57,637 nucleotides of DNA from a virus (taxonomy: Duplodnaviria > Caudoviricetes), in IMG/VR virus record IMGVR_UViG_3300030110_000139, positions 1-57,637 of that record; one strand, given 5' to 3'. The notes under the pieces were generated by a model. The model saw only the letters and a program-made list of their open reading frames with translations. It did not search any database and was not told the DNA's origin. The translations under genes and the position numbers were made by a program. This document shows positions 1 through 8,719 of this stretch, piece by piece (within the stretch, counting starts at the first letter, position 1; every line of letters starts with the position of its first letter).

Positions 1-77
1 TCTGCTTCAGGTAAAGAAACTTGAATACCTTGTGGTTGCTCTGTGTTTTCTACACCATTTACTTTTTCAATTGCCAT
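1..77. repeat. Terminal overlap, identical to 56572-56648 (start of portal gene); indicates a circular or circularly permuted assembly
   Basis: 77 nt exact match read directly; the sequences diverge immediately after the portal ATG. Confidence 0.95.
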
Positions 78-79
78 AA

Positions 80-508
80 TTATCTAATTTTAAACTTGCC
101 ACCTGCTCTTGCGATACCCATGCCTTTACAAACATTACCGCCACCACCCATTTTGACAGGTTTGACAGAACCACCAAATTTCATGTTTCTTAATATTTCA
201 AAGTCTTCTCCAGAAATCTTGCCGTCTTTGTTCTTATCTAATTTCTTTTGACCACCCTTGAGAGCATTAGCTGGATCACCACCAGCTTCCATTTTAACGG
301 CATCTTCTTTTTTCACTTTATCAATGGCTTCTGCTAATCCACCATCTTTCTTTTGATTTACAAGAGGCAGTATTTCTCTTATTTGTGATCGTAACTTATC
401 CATTCTTTTCAAAGAATCTCTTGAAGATCCAGGGACTTTTCTATCTATTTCATCATAAAGTTGTTTTTCTAATTTTAAAAATTTTTCAAAAGCTTCATCT
501 TTATTCAT
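80..508 (-). CDS. Small Lys-rich protein with repeated xxxGG motifs and an EF-hand-like DKNKDG segment (allele A)
   Basis: GGAG RBS; lies between terL and portal; homologous to 56651-57052. Confidence 0.8.
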   Translation of the reverse strand: MNKDEAFEKFLKLEKQLYDEIDRKVPGSSRDSLKRMDKLRSQIREILPLVNQKKDGGLAEAIDKVKKEDAVKMEAGGDPANALKGGQKKLDKNKDGKISGEDFEILRNMKFGGSVKPVKMGGGGNVCKGMGIARAGGKFKIR

Positions 509-509
509 A

Positions 510-803
510 TTACTCTCCTGTCTCTGGATTAACCATTCTTGATTTAGTCATATTAATTACTTCGCCTCCACCACTCATCATAATTGTTTGCTTTTGAATA
601 CTAAACGGACTTTTTGAGTCTGGAGTAATATCAAGCTTTTGTGGCTTTGCTTTAACTTTAGTCCTTTTTGCTAGTTTTTTCAAATTCTTTGTAAGCAAGG
701 CATCTTTCTTCTTCTGTTTATCAACTGATTTAATGCCAGTTTTGCCACTAGCAATTGTCTGAATAGTTTTAGCTACACTTTTTAGGGGATCTTTTGTTGT
801 CAT
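510..803 (-). CDS. Small basic protein with xxxGG motif (allele A)
   Basis: TAATG coupling to terL stop; homologous to the C-terminal part of 57054-57530. Confidence 0.8.
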   Translation of the reverse strand: MTTKDPLKSVAKTIQTIASGKTGIKSVDKQKKKDALLTKNLKKLAKRTKVKAKPQKLDITPDSKSPFSIQKQTIMMSGGGEVINMTKSRMVNPETGE

Positions 804-2272
804 TAATAATACTCCATCTTTCTTCTGTAGTTTGGCTCAAACTCTTCATCGTCTGGCGTAGTGATAAAACCACCTTGCCTAAATCTTAGTATAGCCTGTG
901 TCATCGAATCTGCCAAGTCATCATGGTCGCCATGTGGAAAACTTGCACATTCCTCTACAACTTCTTCTGCAAAATTAGCATCGGGTCTATACACCATACC
1001 GCTCTCAAACACAGGAGCACAGGCGTTCATACGAGCAAACTTATCTGCACCTTTGCTTGGTGTAAAGGGCGTAACGGGAACACCCATTCTTCTCAACTCT
1101 TGAGTAAGTGGCGTACCACTTGCTTTCTGTTCTATGAGAATCATGTCAGGATCATATGCTTCGCACAGTTCTTGTGCTTTAAGTTTAAGTTCTGGGAAAT
1201 CCCATCTGCCTTTCTCGGCATCAAGCAAGATGATGGCATCTCCTTCACCCTCGATGGGAGTAAAAATACCCCAAGTAGTAATAGCACTATAATCAGAACG
1301 CTCATTCTTAGTAAAAGCCGTGTCGTATGACTGTATGATATAGGAACAGGCAGGTGGCTCACTACGATTCCAAACATTCCACCACTCCCTTTTAATTATC
1401 GCACCTTCTTCGGCTGTCGGATTTTGCATATACTGGGCGTTCCACTTGCCTACGGGTATCGAGGCTTTCACGCCTTCTAATTCGTCTTTGCTCCAATACT
1501 CTGGCCAAAGTACGTTTCCAGTCTCTGGAAATATCGCTGGAAATTCTACTACTTCCCATTTGTCTGCACCCCCTTGAGCTTGTTTCTGTAACACTCTTGC
1601 TGTGAGATCCTTAATCCCCCAACGTGTCATCACTATAATGATAGAGCCTCCAGGTTGCAATCTTTGTCTTGGTCCAGATGTATACCATTCATAAATACTG
1701 TCAAGTGCCGTAGGACTTAAAGCATCTTGTTCAGAAACAGGATCGTCAATAATGAGCAAATCAGCACCTCGTCCAGCCAAAGCACCTCCAACACCAACGG
1801 CATAATATTCTCCACCTTTGTTCGTAGACCATCTACCAGATGCTTTGGCATCTGCAGCTAATCTAATGTCTGGAAATATATCACGGAAATCATCGCTATC
1901 AATTAAGTTTTTAACCTTACGACCAAAACCAACAGCAAGTTCTGCCGTGTGTGTTGCTTGTATAATCTTTAAATCAGGACGCTTTCCCATGAGCCAAGAA
2001 GGAAAAAGATAACTCGCAAACTCAGATTTAGTATGTCTTGGCGGCATATTAACAATCAAACGCTTAATCTTGCCATCAGCCACTTGTTGCAGTTTATCTG
2101 CGTATATCTTGTGATGCTTACCCTCAATAAAGCTAGGCCATATGCGTTTAACAAAATCCATATACAAATCTTGTGAAACCTTCTGTTTCTCAAGCATGGT
2201 CAAGCGTTCAAGCATGGGAGCTATCTTGGATAACTCATCATCACTCAAATACTCTGTGTATTCTAAATTCAT
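803..2272 (-). CDS. terL: Terminase large subunit
   Basis: Walker A-like MPPRHTKS, Walker B LLIIDDP, nuclease motifs SYDTA and HDDLADS. Confidence 0.95.
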   Translation of the reverse strand: MNLEYTEYLSDDELSKIAPMLERLTMLEKQKVSQDLYMDFVKRIWPSFIEGKHHKIYADKLQQVADGKIKRLIVNMPPRHTKSEFASYLFPSWLMGKRPDLKIIQATHTAELAVGFGRKVKNLIDSDDFRDIFPDIRLAADAKASGRWSTNKGGEYYAVGVGGALAGRGADLLIIDDPVSEQDALSPTALDSIYEWYTSGPRQRLQPGGSIIIVMTRWGIKDLTARVLQKQAQGGADKWEVVEFPAIFPETGNVLWPEYWSKDELEGVKASIPVGKWNAQYMQNPTAEEGAIIKREWWNVWNRSEPPACSYIIQSYDTAFTKNERSDYSAITTWGIFTPIEGEGDAIILLDAEKGRWDFPELKLKAQELCEAYDPDMILIEQKASGTPLTQELRRMGVPVTPFTPSKGADKFARMNACAPVFESGMVYRPDANFAEEVVEECASFPHGDHDDLADSMTQAILRFRQGGFITTPDDEEFEPNYRRKMEYY

Positions 2273-4089
2273 TAACTTGCTGCTAAGAAGTCATCTACCG
2301 CTTTGATTAATCCACCATTAGCCATGCCAATCACACCACCTTTTTTGGCTGAAACGACTGGTCTGGCTTGAGCACCCAATAGCTGCTCTATAAGTTTATT
2401 GAGGTCACCACTATCAAAGGTTACTGGCCTTATGTTTGATGATGCTGGTGCAAAAGGACTTGCAACAACAGTATCAGCAGTCACAGGCTGAAGGCTGCCT
2501 AATTGTCCACCTGTGCCACCAATAACATTAGGTGGTAAATCAGGCTTTGGCTCTTCAGGTTTAGGTGTTAGAGGTCTAATGATTGGAGTTGGCTCATTAT
2601 CGCTTGTGGCTCTATCTTGAATACTAAAATCCATACCCTCAATTAAATTGCCAAACCTATCTTTAGCACCCGTTATAGTGCCATCTCTATCAACAACGGG
2701 AATTAAGCCTCTCTCTGTAATGCCTCTCATAACTCTTTGATCAGTAATCTCGGCTAGTTTATTTAATCCTCTGCCTAAAAAGTTTGGTATATTTACACCA
2801 CCTATGTTTGTTGAGGGCTCAAAAATTCTTGACTTATCTTCTACAGACCTAGCGATTAAATCTCTGTCGGCAGCATCTTGTATATTTTTTATGTCTGTCT
2901 CTGTTAATCCAGAGGTTCCTAAACCACCAGATAAAGCTTTTTCAACAACTCCAGGCTTAACATCAAATGATACAAAAGGATCTGTAGTTTCCAGTTCATC
3001 ATCACGAGGATCTATGCTTGACGCAAAACCTATTCTCCCAAAAGAAGATGGTGCTTGATCCAACTCACTTTGACTATCAGGTATTAATCCTAGTTGATCA
3101 GGTCTTTCTGGCTTATCTAAATTCTCTGCAAGTGTGCCTTGCTCTAATGCTCTTTGTATATCTCTTGCTTGATTCCCTACATCAAAAGAAACAAATGGTC
3201 TGCTGGTGTCTGTTGGAGTAATGCCTGGATCAACAGTTCCTCTCATTATTTGATCTGTGTAAGCGGGCACACCTCTAACATCAAAAGGTGTCATGTCAAA
3301 AGCGTCTGCAACTGGCTTTGTTAAATCCACTGCGTCCATGACGTTCTTCTCACCTGTGCCTAAAATATCAGATGCAGTTGGTTGATTAAAGACTGCCCTA
3401 GAATAAGCAGCTGGATTTACGTTAGAGGCTTGGATAATACTATTGACAATATTCTCCCCTCTTTTATCACCATCTATCGCTGCAATTTGAAATTGATTTA
3501 AGGCACCAGCTAAATCATTGTCTTTAGCATAATCTTGCAAAGTCGCAATTGTGTCTTTTTTAAAAACTCTTTGTGCCTCGCTACCCTCTGGCAAATTTCT
3601 CGTGGCGTTTAAAATAGTTTGATTATTAAATGTTACGTTAGGAACAGATGGCGTGTCGTCACCGCCAGTTTGTCTGCCAATATCCGTTGCTTGTTGCAGT
3701 TCATCAGAACTAAAGACATCAGTATAGTCCATGTCACTATCTGGTGAAGAAGTGTCTATATTGTCATCTGAAAGATCAGACCTATCATCATCGGCAACGG
3801 AAGTTACTTCGTCAAAAAAGTCCCCAAAATCAGCAACCCCACCCTCTTGCATCATTTGTATGGGTTGATTGAATATGTCTATATTCGATAAAGCGGGTGC
3901 CATGTTTGGAGTCATAGCACCCATTGCTGGTGCCACGACTGGAGGATTAACTAATGTAGCACCATTCATGTTTTTTAAAAAATTATTAAAATTACCCCTG
4001 CTATCGGCAGTTGTATCTAATTTTACCTGCGGTGGTTGTGCAGGGGCAGCGGGGGTCGGCATAAACCCGCCCATAGGTCCATTTGCCAT
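2272..4089 (-). CDS. 605-aa acidic, Pro-rich hypothetical protein with xxxGG motifs; possible internal virion protein
   Basis: Long ORF, GGAG RBS, TAATG coupling to terL; MQEGG, AKKGG and MANGG motifs. Confidence 0.7.
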   Translation of the reverse strand: MANGPMGGFMPTPAAPAQPPQVKLDTTADSRGNFNNFLKNMNGATLVNPPVVAPAMGAMTPNMAPALSNIDIFNQPIQMMQEGGVADFGDFFDEVTSVADDDRSDLSDDNIDTSSPDSDMDYTDVFSSDELQQATDIGRQTGGDDTPSVPNVTFNNQTILNATRNLPEGSEAQRVFKKDTIATLQDYAKDNDLAGALNQFQIAAIDGDKRGENIVNSIIQASNVNPAAYSRAVFNQPTASDILGTGEKNVMDAVDLTKPVADAFDMTPFDVRGVPAYTDQIMRGTVDPGITPTDTSRPFVSFDVGNQARDIQRALEQGTLAENLDKPERPDQLGLIPDSQSELDQAPSSFGRIGFASSIDPRDDELETTDPFVSFDVKPGVVEKALSGGLGTSGLTETDIKNIQDAADRDLIARSVEDKSRIFEPSTNIGGVNIPNFLGRGLNKLAEITDQRVMRGITERGLIPVVDRDGTITGAKDRFGNLIEGMDFSIQDRATSDNEPTPIIRPLTPKPEEPKPDLPPNVIGGTGGQLGSLQPVTADTVVASPFAPASSNIRPVTFDSGDLNKLIEQLLGAQARPVVSAKKGGVIGMANGGLIKAVDDFLAAS

Positions 4090-4131
4090 GTAAAATCTCC
4101 GAAAAAAGCTTCTTTAGGAGATATTAACCCA

Positions 4132-4563
4132 CTAACTCGCTTTTTGCAATAGCATTGTCATCTCTCGATTGCTCTGATCAAGCAATCTTGATACCCAAAT
4201 CTCATCTTGACGCTTATCTGCCTCGCCTAATGTATGATCTATAGCGTTGCAAAGCTTCCAAATACGATCTTTTTCATGTTTTGTCAAAGGTCTTGCGTCT
4301 TCATCAAAATTTTTTATGTTTTTGGCTACTTTTTCTGCTTTCTTAGCTTCTGTCCAATACAGAACAGCGTATTTTACGGACAGAGGTATGCGATACTTGT
4401 CTGTTTCATAGCATCTGTACCCTCTTTCGCTCAAACCAAGCCTCTTTGCCATGTCTATTTGGCTCAAGTTTAAGTCTTTTCTTTGTGATTTTAGTTTTTC
4501 ACCACTCCAATCACTGAAACTTTGATCGTTCTTTTTCATTTTTGCTCCTTTAACACGCCACAC
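4132..4563 (-). CDS. XRE-family helix-turn-helix regulator (probable start ATG at 4539)
   Basis: LKSQRKDLNLSQIDMAKRLGLSERGYRCYE fits the Cro/C1 HTH pattern; AGGAG upstream of MKKND. Confidence 0.8.
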   Translation of the reverse strand: MWRVKGAKMKKNDQSFSDWSGEKLKSQRKDLNLSQIDMAKRLGLSERGYRCYETDKYRIPLSVKYAVLYWTEAKKAEKVAKNIKNFDEDARPLTKHEKDRIWKLCNAIDHTLGEADKRQDEIWVSRLLDQSNREMTMLLQKAS

Positions 4564-4772
4564 TCAATTAAATCATCTACCAAGTCTTTATCTGCATGAA
4601 ATCTTACTGGCTTTCCAGTCCAATCACACGCAAATGAAGCATAGGTACGTCTCAAATCTTCCCTGGTCTTAAAACCAAGTTTTGAGTTTGTGGTTATCTG
4701 ATCTATAATCTGTGATGGTGTGCCACTGTAAATAGTGCCACCCTCATCTTTATTCATAATGTAGCTCTTCAT
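4536..4772 (-). CDS. Hypothetical protein (MKSYIMNKDE...), probably on a leaderless mRNA
   Basis: 3' part of ORF 4536-4937; the upstream part overlaps a promoter and terminator, so the start was moved to 4772. Confidence 0.6.
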   Translation of the reverse strand: MKSYIMNKDEGGTIYSGTPSQIIDQITTNSKLGFKTREDLRRTYASFACDWTGKPVRFHADKDLVDDLIECGVLKEQK

Positions 4773-4778
4773 ATATGT

Positions 4779-4807
4779 AACATAGGTTTTCAGTGCCGAA
4801 AGGTCAA
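4779..4807 (-). promoter_or_regulatory. Sigma70-like promoter with operator-like spacer
   Basis: TTGACC-17 nt-TATGTT on the minus strand. Confidence 0.6.
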
Positions 4808-4904
4808 GAATTTTTTTTATAAAATTTTTTTGAGGTGCCGTTTTGAAAACATTGGGGGGTGTTTGAGGAAAACCGAGTGCGTTGCACCCTATATATACAA
4901 AACC

Positions 4905-4935
4905 AAAAAAAAGGGGGTGTATATGGCACACCCCC
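4905..4935 (-). terminator. Rho-independent terminator
   Basis: GGGGGTGT/ACACCCCC stem followed by a T run on the minus strand. Confidence 0.75.
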
Positions 4936-4959
4936 ACCGATTTTATATGTAGTTAAAAA

Positions 4960-5166
4960 TTATCTGTTATAAGTATTTCTTAATTGTTTAACTATGTTAT
5001 GAACTTCAAAAACTGTGTCTTGATATTCTTCGGCAATTAGATTTTTTCCATTGTAAGAATCTAATTCATACTCGCCATTTAATATTGGATTCATAACAAA
5101 CTTTAAATGAAAAGTTTTATTATTTAATTTAACTTTTTTATTATTGATTTTTATTCTTCTATTCAC
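4960..5166 (-). CDS. Small hypothetical early protein
   Basis: GTG start preceded by AAAAGGAG. Confidence 0.65.
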   Translation of the reverse strand: MNRRIKINNKKVKLNNKTFHLKFVMNPILNGEYELDSYNGKNLIAEEYQDTVFEVHNIVKQLRNTYNR

Positions 5167-5323
5167 GATTGACTCCTTTTGTTTGTGTTTGTTTTTTAAT
5201 AATTCTTAAAGCTTTGATTAAATTTTTGGTTGTGTTTTTGTTGTGTTCATGGACTTTATCAAACACAATTTCTGCATAATCTTCTAAAAGATTTTCAATT
5301 AAATTTAATTCTTCACTATTCAC
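5159..5323 (-). CDS. Small hypothetical early protein (GTG start at 5323)
   Basis: Same RBS and start context as the downstream gene. Confidence 0.65.
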   Translation of the reverse strand: MNSEELNLIENLLEDYAEIVFDKVHEHNKNTTKNLIKALRIIKKQTQTKGVNRE

Positions 5324-5343
5324 GATTGACTCCTTTTGTTTGT
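5159..5343. repeat. 28-bp direct repeat containing RBS and start codon (5159-5186 and 5316-5343)
   Basis: CTATTCACGATTGACTCCTTTTGTTTGT present twice. Confidence 0.9.
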
Positions 5344-5361
5344 TTGTGAAAGTATTCAAGA

Positions 5362-6474
5362 CTAGTTTCCTAGTCTTGAAATTCTGTTATTAAACCAAGT
5401 CTTTAAAGACTCTGCTAAGTTTGTAAATGGGTGGGAGTCTGCATTGTTATTAATAACAACTTCACCTTGTGACTCCTTTTCCACTTCTAAGGGAATCTTA
5501 TAACCATTTAAGTCGTATGCACCATTTGATGTACCATTTAAATGTCCATAGTATTCTTGATTAAGACATATAACCAAACTACAATCGCCTAGTTTACGTC
5601 TTATAGTATTGATTGTACGTCTTACAGAACGTGCATCGTTAATGCCTACAGTATCCATTATTTCCCTTGTAGTCGCTCCATTATCTGTTTGTAACATCTC
5701 AAATACTTGATGAAGTTTGGTATTTCTTGGCATGGTATTTGTTAACGTATCCATGTATTTAACACCTTGATTTAAGACTTGGATTCTATGGTTAATAGTA
5801 TAATCAAACATATTAACAAGAAACATAATCCAATTCTTTAACTTGATATTATTTACTGTTCCTTGATGTTGTCTAAACTCAATTGTTCCACGTTGATTCC
5901 TAACATCAATATTTCTTAAATTAATAGAATAGAATTTACCAACTATTACATTTTTTAAATCGTTGTAATTTTGGGAGTCTTCTATTCTATTTAAGAAACC
6001 ATCAATGGGACTCGCATATCTTGAATTTCTACGACTTGGTGCAAGAAAACTTGATATGAAGTCTTGATATTGAGCATATCTATAAACAACGTCTTTGATA
6101 ACTTCAAACTGAAACATATCATTTGAATCTTGAAAATATGTATCATTGTCTTTGAATAGTTGAATTGATCTTCTATTAAATTCTTCACTATCCATTGTTA
6201 TTGGTTTAACTCCAATGTGAACATGATGTCCACATTGGCGAGTGATTCTCCCACCATTGGCAATAATCAAGTCATTAACTTGACTTGAATACTCCCAAGT
6301 AGATTCTGCCTTACTACTAAGTGGTGGGAAGATAATCTCGCATCCACTAGTTAAACTCGCATCGTGTTTAACTTTAATAAAGTTTAATGTAGGATGGTTA
6401 GCAAATAGATTACTACCATTTAAGACAGATAATCCATCTACTTCCCTTTCAAATCCTAAAGCTACATCAATCAT
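5362..6474 (-). CDS. Putative amidoligase (COOH-NH2 ligase type 2) with a C-terminal winged-helix-like extension
   Basis: GFERE, HDASL, GCEIIFPPL, CGHHVHIG, YSINL and GTIEFRQHQGT motifs. Confidence 0.8.
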   Translation of the reverse strand: MIDVALGFEREVDGLSVLNGSNLFANHPTLNFIKVKHDASLTSGCEIIFPPLSSKAESTWEYSSQVNDLIIANGGRITRQCGHHVHIGVKPITMDSEEFNRRSIQLFKDNDTYFQDSNDMFQFEVIKDVVYRYAQYQDFISSFLAPSRRNSRYASPIDGFLNRIEDSQNYNDLKNVIVGKFYSINLRNIDVRNQRGTIEFRQHQGTVNNIKLKNWIMFLVNMFDYTINHRIQVLNQGVKYMDTLTNTMPRNTKLHQVFEMLQTDNGATTREIMDTVGINDARSVRRTINTIRRKLGDCSLVICLNQEYYGHLNGTSNGAYDLNGYKIPLEVEKESQGEVVINNNADSHPFTNLAESLKTWFNNRISRLGN

Positions 6475-6599
6475 AAAAAAATCTCCTATAATAGTTAAAA
6501 TGTTTGTTGCGAATCAATCCTAGCATTCTTTGAGCGAACACACAAGCATTGAATACCTATATATAAAATTAATCTTGAGCTATTCGATTAGCTCCAAAC

Positions 6600-7016
6600 G
6601 AATAAAATAGGCGAACAGCTTCGCATTTTTTAATTGTTCGCTCCAAAAGAGCTGGTCGACCAGGAAGCTGCAGCTGCATAGCCTGGCACTCCGACTCCGA
6701 CAGTCCGAGTCCGACAGTCCGATAGACCGAACAATAGTTCGTTGAAGGAGGCAGCAAGCGGATCGACCAGGCTAAATTCACGGCTTTTTCCTGGGTCAAC
6801 AGCATCCGAGACCGAACAATAGTTCGCTCTAGGAGGCGGACGACTGACGCACCAGGCACCAGAGCGAACAATCATTCGTTCAAACAGCTTAACCTGGTCA
6901 AATTAAGCTGGTAGAGCGAACAATCATTCGGCTGCAGCAGAGATCCGACCAGGAACGGAGGCAAAAAAAACCCACGCTAAGCTAAAAGCGTGGGTCTTAA
7001 TCCGAACAATGTCCGA
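6600..7016. repeat. GC-rich noncoding island 1 with CGAAC-N4-RTTCG boxes and TCCGA, CCWGG, GCWGC motifs
   Basis: Boxes at 6728, 6813, 6865 and 6917; five TCCGA copies within 6690-6722. Confidence 0.85.
6963..6995 (-). terminator. Rho-independent terminator
   Basis: ACCCACGCT/AGCGTGGGT stem plus T run on the minus strand. Confidence 0.75.
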
Positions 7017-7018
7017 TA

Positions 7019-7099
7019 TTAGGTGATAATAAGCAAGAACCAAAACGCCACCCACATCATCAAGATGCCAAGCGTGTTAATTAAAAACATCCAAAACAT
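7019..7099 (-). CDS. 26-aa hydrophobic peptide MFWMFLINTLGILMMWVAFWFLLIIT
   Basis: Translated by hand; TAATG overlap with the upstream stop and GGAGG upstream. Confidence 0.6.
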   Translation of the reverse strand: MFWMFLINTLGILMMWVAFWFLLIIT

Positions 7100-7413
7100 T
7101 ATTCTACCTCCTCATAATCTGCTAAATTAATTCCATAATCTTCTAAAGTATCTGAATGATTGCTTTCCAAATCTTCTGCAAAGTTTTCAACGAGAATATC
7201 TTGATAAAGACTTGGAGGATGTGGCATTGTATAAGGGAAAGACTTAATCGCTTTGATGTCCTCAAATAACACATCCCAATCCTCATAATTAGGACTATCA
7301 ACCAAACCATCATCGGCTAAATTATCCATGTAACCACTAACTTCCCCTAATAGGAAGTTAGCGACTTTTTTGTCTTGGATAATATTATTTTTTAATTGCT
7401 CTAGTAAACTCAT
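7099..7413 (-). CDS. Acidic hypothetical protein (start MSLLEQ at 7413)
   Basis: AAAGG upstream; follows the stop of 7415-7738. Confidence 0.7.
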   Translation of the reverse strand: MSLLEQLKNNIIQDKKVANFLLGEVSGYMDNLADDGLVDSPNYEDWDVLFEDIKAIKSFPYTMPHPPSLYQDILVENFAEDLESNHSDTLEDYGINLADYEEVE

Positions 7414-7414
7414 A

Positions 7415-7738
7415 TTAAATATACCTTTCTTTAAGTGCATAACCATCGCCATACAGAACACTCGCAAGAGTGTAAACCATATGAAAACCCATATCCATAC
7501 CACAACCACCAACACCAACGGACATGGTTTTATCTTTGTATGTCCATTTTAAAACATTAGCGACATGAAAAGAAAGCCAACTTAGTTCATTATTTTGGAT
7601 TGAGTGGCAACTTATATGCCTATACATTCCACTTCTTGAAACTTGTCTAATCACAAGCCAAACTGTAGAACCCTTTGGAAAATGTTTTTTTAATAGTTCT
7701 GTTGAGTATTCAACAGTATTCACATATACTTCTGTCAT
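7415..7738 (-). CDS. Conserved phage hypothetical protein (VSRSGM..., GCGMDMGF motifs)
   Basis: Strong AAAAGGAG RBS downstream of a consensus promoter. Confidence 0.75.
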   Translation of the reverse strand: MTEVYVNTVEYSTELLKKHFPKGSTVWLVIRQVSRSGMYRHISCHSIQNNELSWLSFHVANVLKWTYKDKTMSVGVGGCGMDMGFHMVYTLASVLYGDGYALKERYI

Positions 7739-7768
7739 AAAGACTCCTTTTGTTTTGTTTGTATATAT

Positions 7769-7798
7769 ATTATATGGTATTCATTGCCTACTTGTCAA
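7769..7798 (-). promoter_or_regulatory. Strong sigma70 promoter with operator-like spacer
   Basis: TTGACA-18 nt-TATAAT. Confidence 0.8.
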
Positions 7799-7819
7799 GG
7801 AACAATAAAACTTTTTTTT

Positions 7820-8165
7820 GTGTCGAGCTGGTCGATTTTTTGCAGCAGCTTGTCCTGGTGCTGCTCGACTAGAGCGAACAATAGTTCGCCAAACAATTGT
7901 TCGTTTGGTCTTCCCAGGGAGGAGGAGAGGCGGATGTCAGAATGAGGCGGAAGCTAAAACGAACAATAGTTCAGTCCGAGCCCGGGAAAGTCCGACACCG
8001 AACAATTATTCGCTGAACGACCAGGCTGAAGCTGACACCGAACAACGAACAAAAAAAGCACGGCAGAAGCCAGTCCGATGAAGCAGGCACACCGAACAAT
8101 GTCCGAAAGTCCGAGTCCGAAGTCCGAGCCTAGAAGCCCGACCCAGGCGTAAGACCGAACACGCC
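7820..8165. repeat. GC-rich noncoding island 2 with the same motifs as island 1
   Basis: Boxes at 7875, 7890, 7960 and 7999; four GTCCGA copies within 8101-8127. Confidence 0.85.
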
Positions 8166-8176
8166 AAGTGTTTCTG

Positions 8177-8719
8177 CTATTTTGCGGGTATTACGCTATC
8201 ATGTTCTATCTCCAATGGGTCGTTATGGGTCTTTGTGGCTACTTTCATGCGTTTCTGAGCAACTGTTTGAAATTCCTGTAGTTTTTCCAGTATTTGCTCC
8301 CTTGTAAGGTTATCTGCTTGTTCATGTAGCACATGAGCCTTATTAACAAGAAGTCCAGTTGCCTTTAATCTAAGTTCTTCAGCTCTGATAGCATCACCAT
8401 ATTTTTCTCTATCTATGGCTAAATCTCTTATCTTTTTTAAATCACGCAATGACTTCTCAAGCGTTACACCAAACCTAGACCTTGCCTCTTCTTGCATCTC
8501 TTGGTAACGCTCTTGCACTACTGGGTTACGCAACAAGCGAACAGCATCAACTCCAGGATTTGCATAACCAGCTTTTCGTGCTGCAGATGTCTGCGTCATG
8601 TCTTTGTGCATAAAGTTATCAAGGAAAGCCTGCTGTTTATCTGTCAATCTTTTCTGACCAGCAAGCCTTTGCTCTCTTGATAAATCTTCTCCTACTTTTG
8701 GCATTATTTTATCTCCCAT
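8177..8719 (-). CDS. terS: Terminase small subunit
   Basis: LTDKQQAF...TSAARKAGY...LLRNPVV HTH signature followed by a helical oligomerisation region. Confidence 0.85.
   Translation of the reverse strand: MGDKIMPKVGEDLSREQRLAGQKRLTDKQQAFLDNFMHKDMTQTSAARKAGYANPGVDAVRLLRNPVVQERYQEMQEEARSRFGVTLEKSLRDLKKIRDLAIDREKYGDAIRAEELRLKATGLLVNKAHVLHEQADNLTREQILEKLQEFQTVAQKRMKVATKTHNDPLEIEHDSVIPAK

Noticed and set aside
1-910. Terminal duplication as a biological direct terminal repeat
   Set aside because: Only 77 nt are identical and the rest is a diverged allele, which fits an assembly overlap of two strains.
6569-8081. ORFs 6569-6871, 6630-6875 and 7818-8081 in the GC islands
   Set aside because: No RBS, composition unlike the other genes, and the repeated peptides simply reflect the DNA motifs; treated as noncoding.
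6690-8165. Possible CRISPR array from the CGAACAAT repeats
   Set aside because: Repeats are only 14-18 nt, irregularly spaced, and the intervening DNA is itself repetitive.
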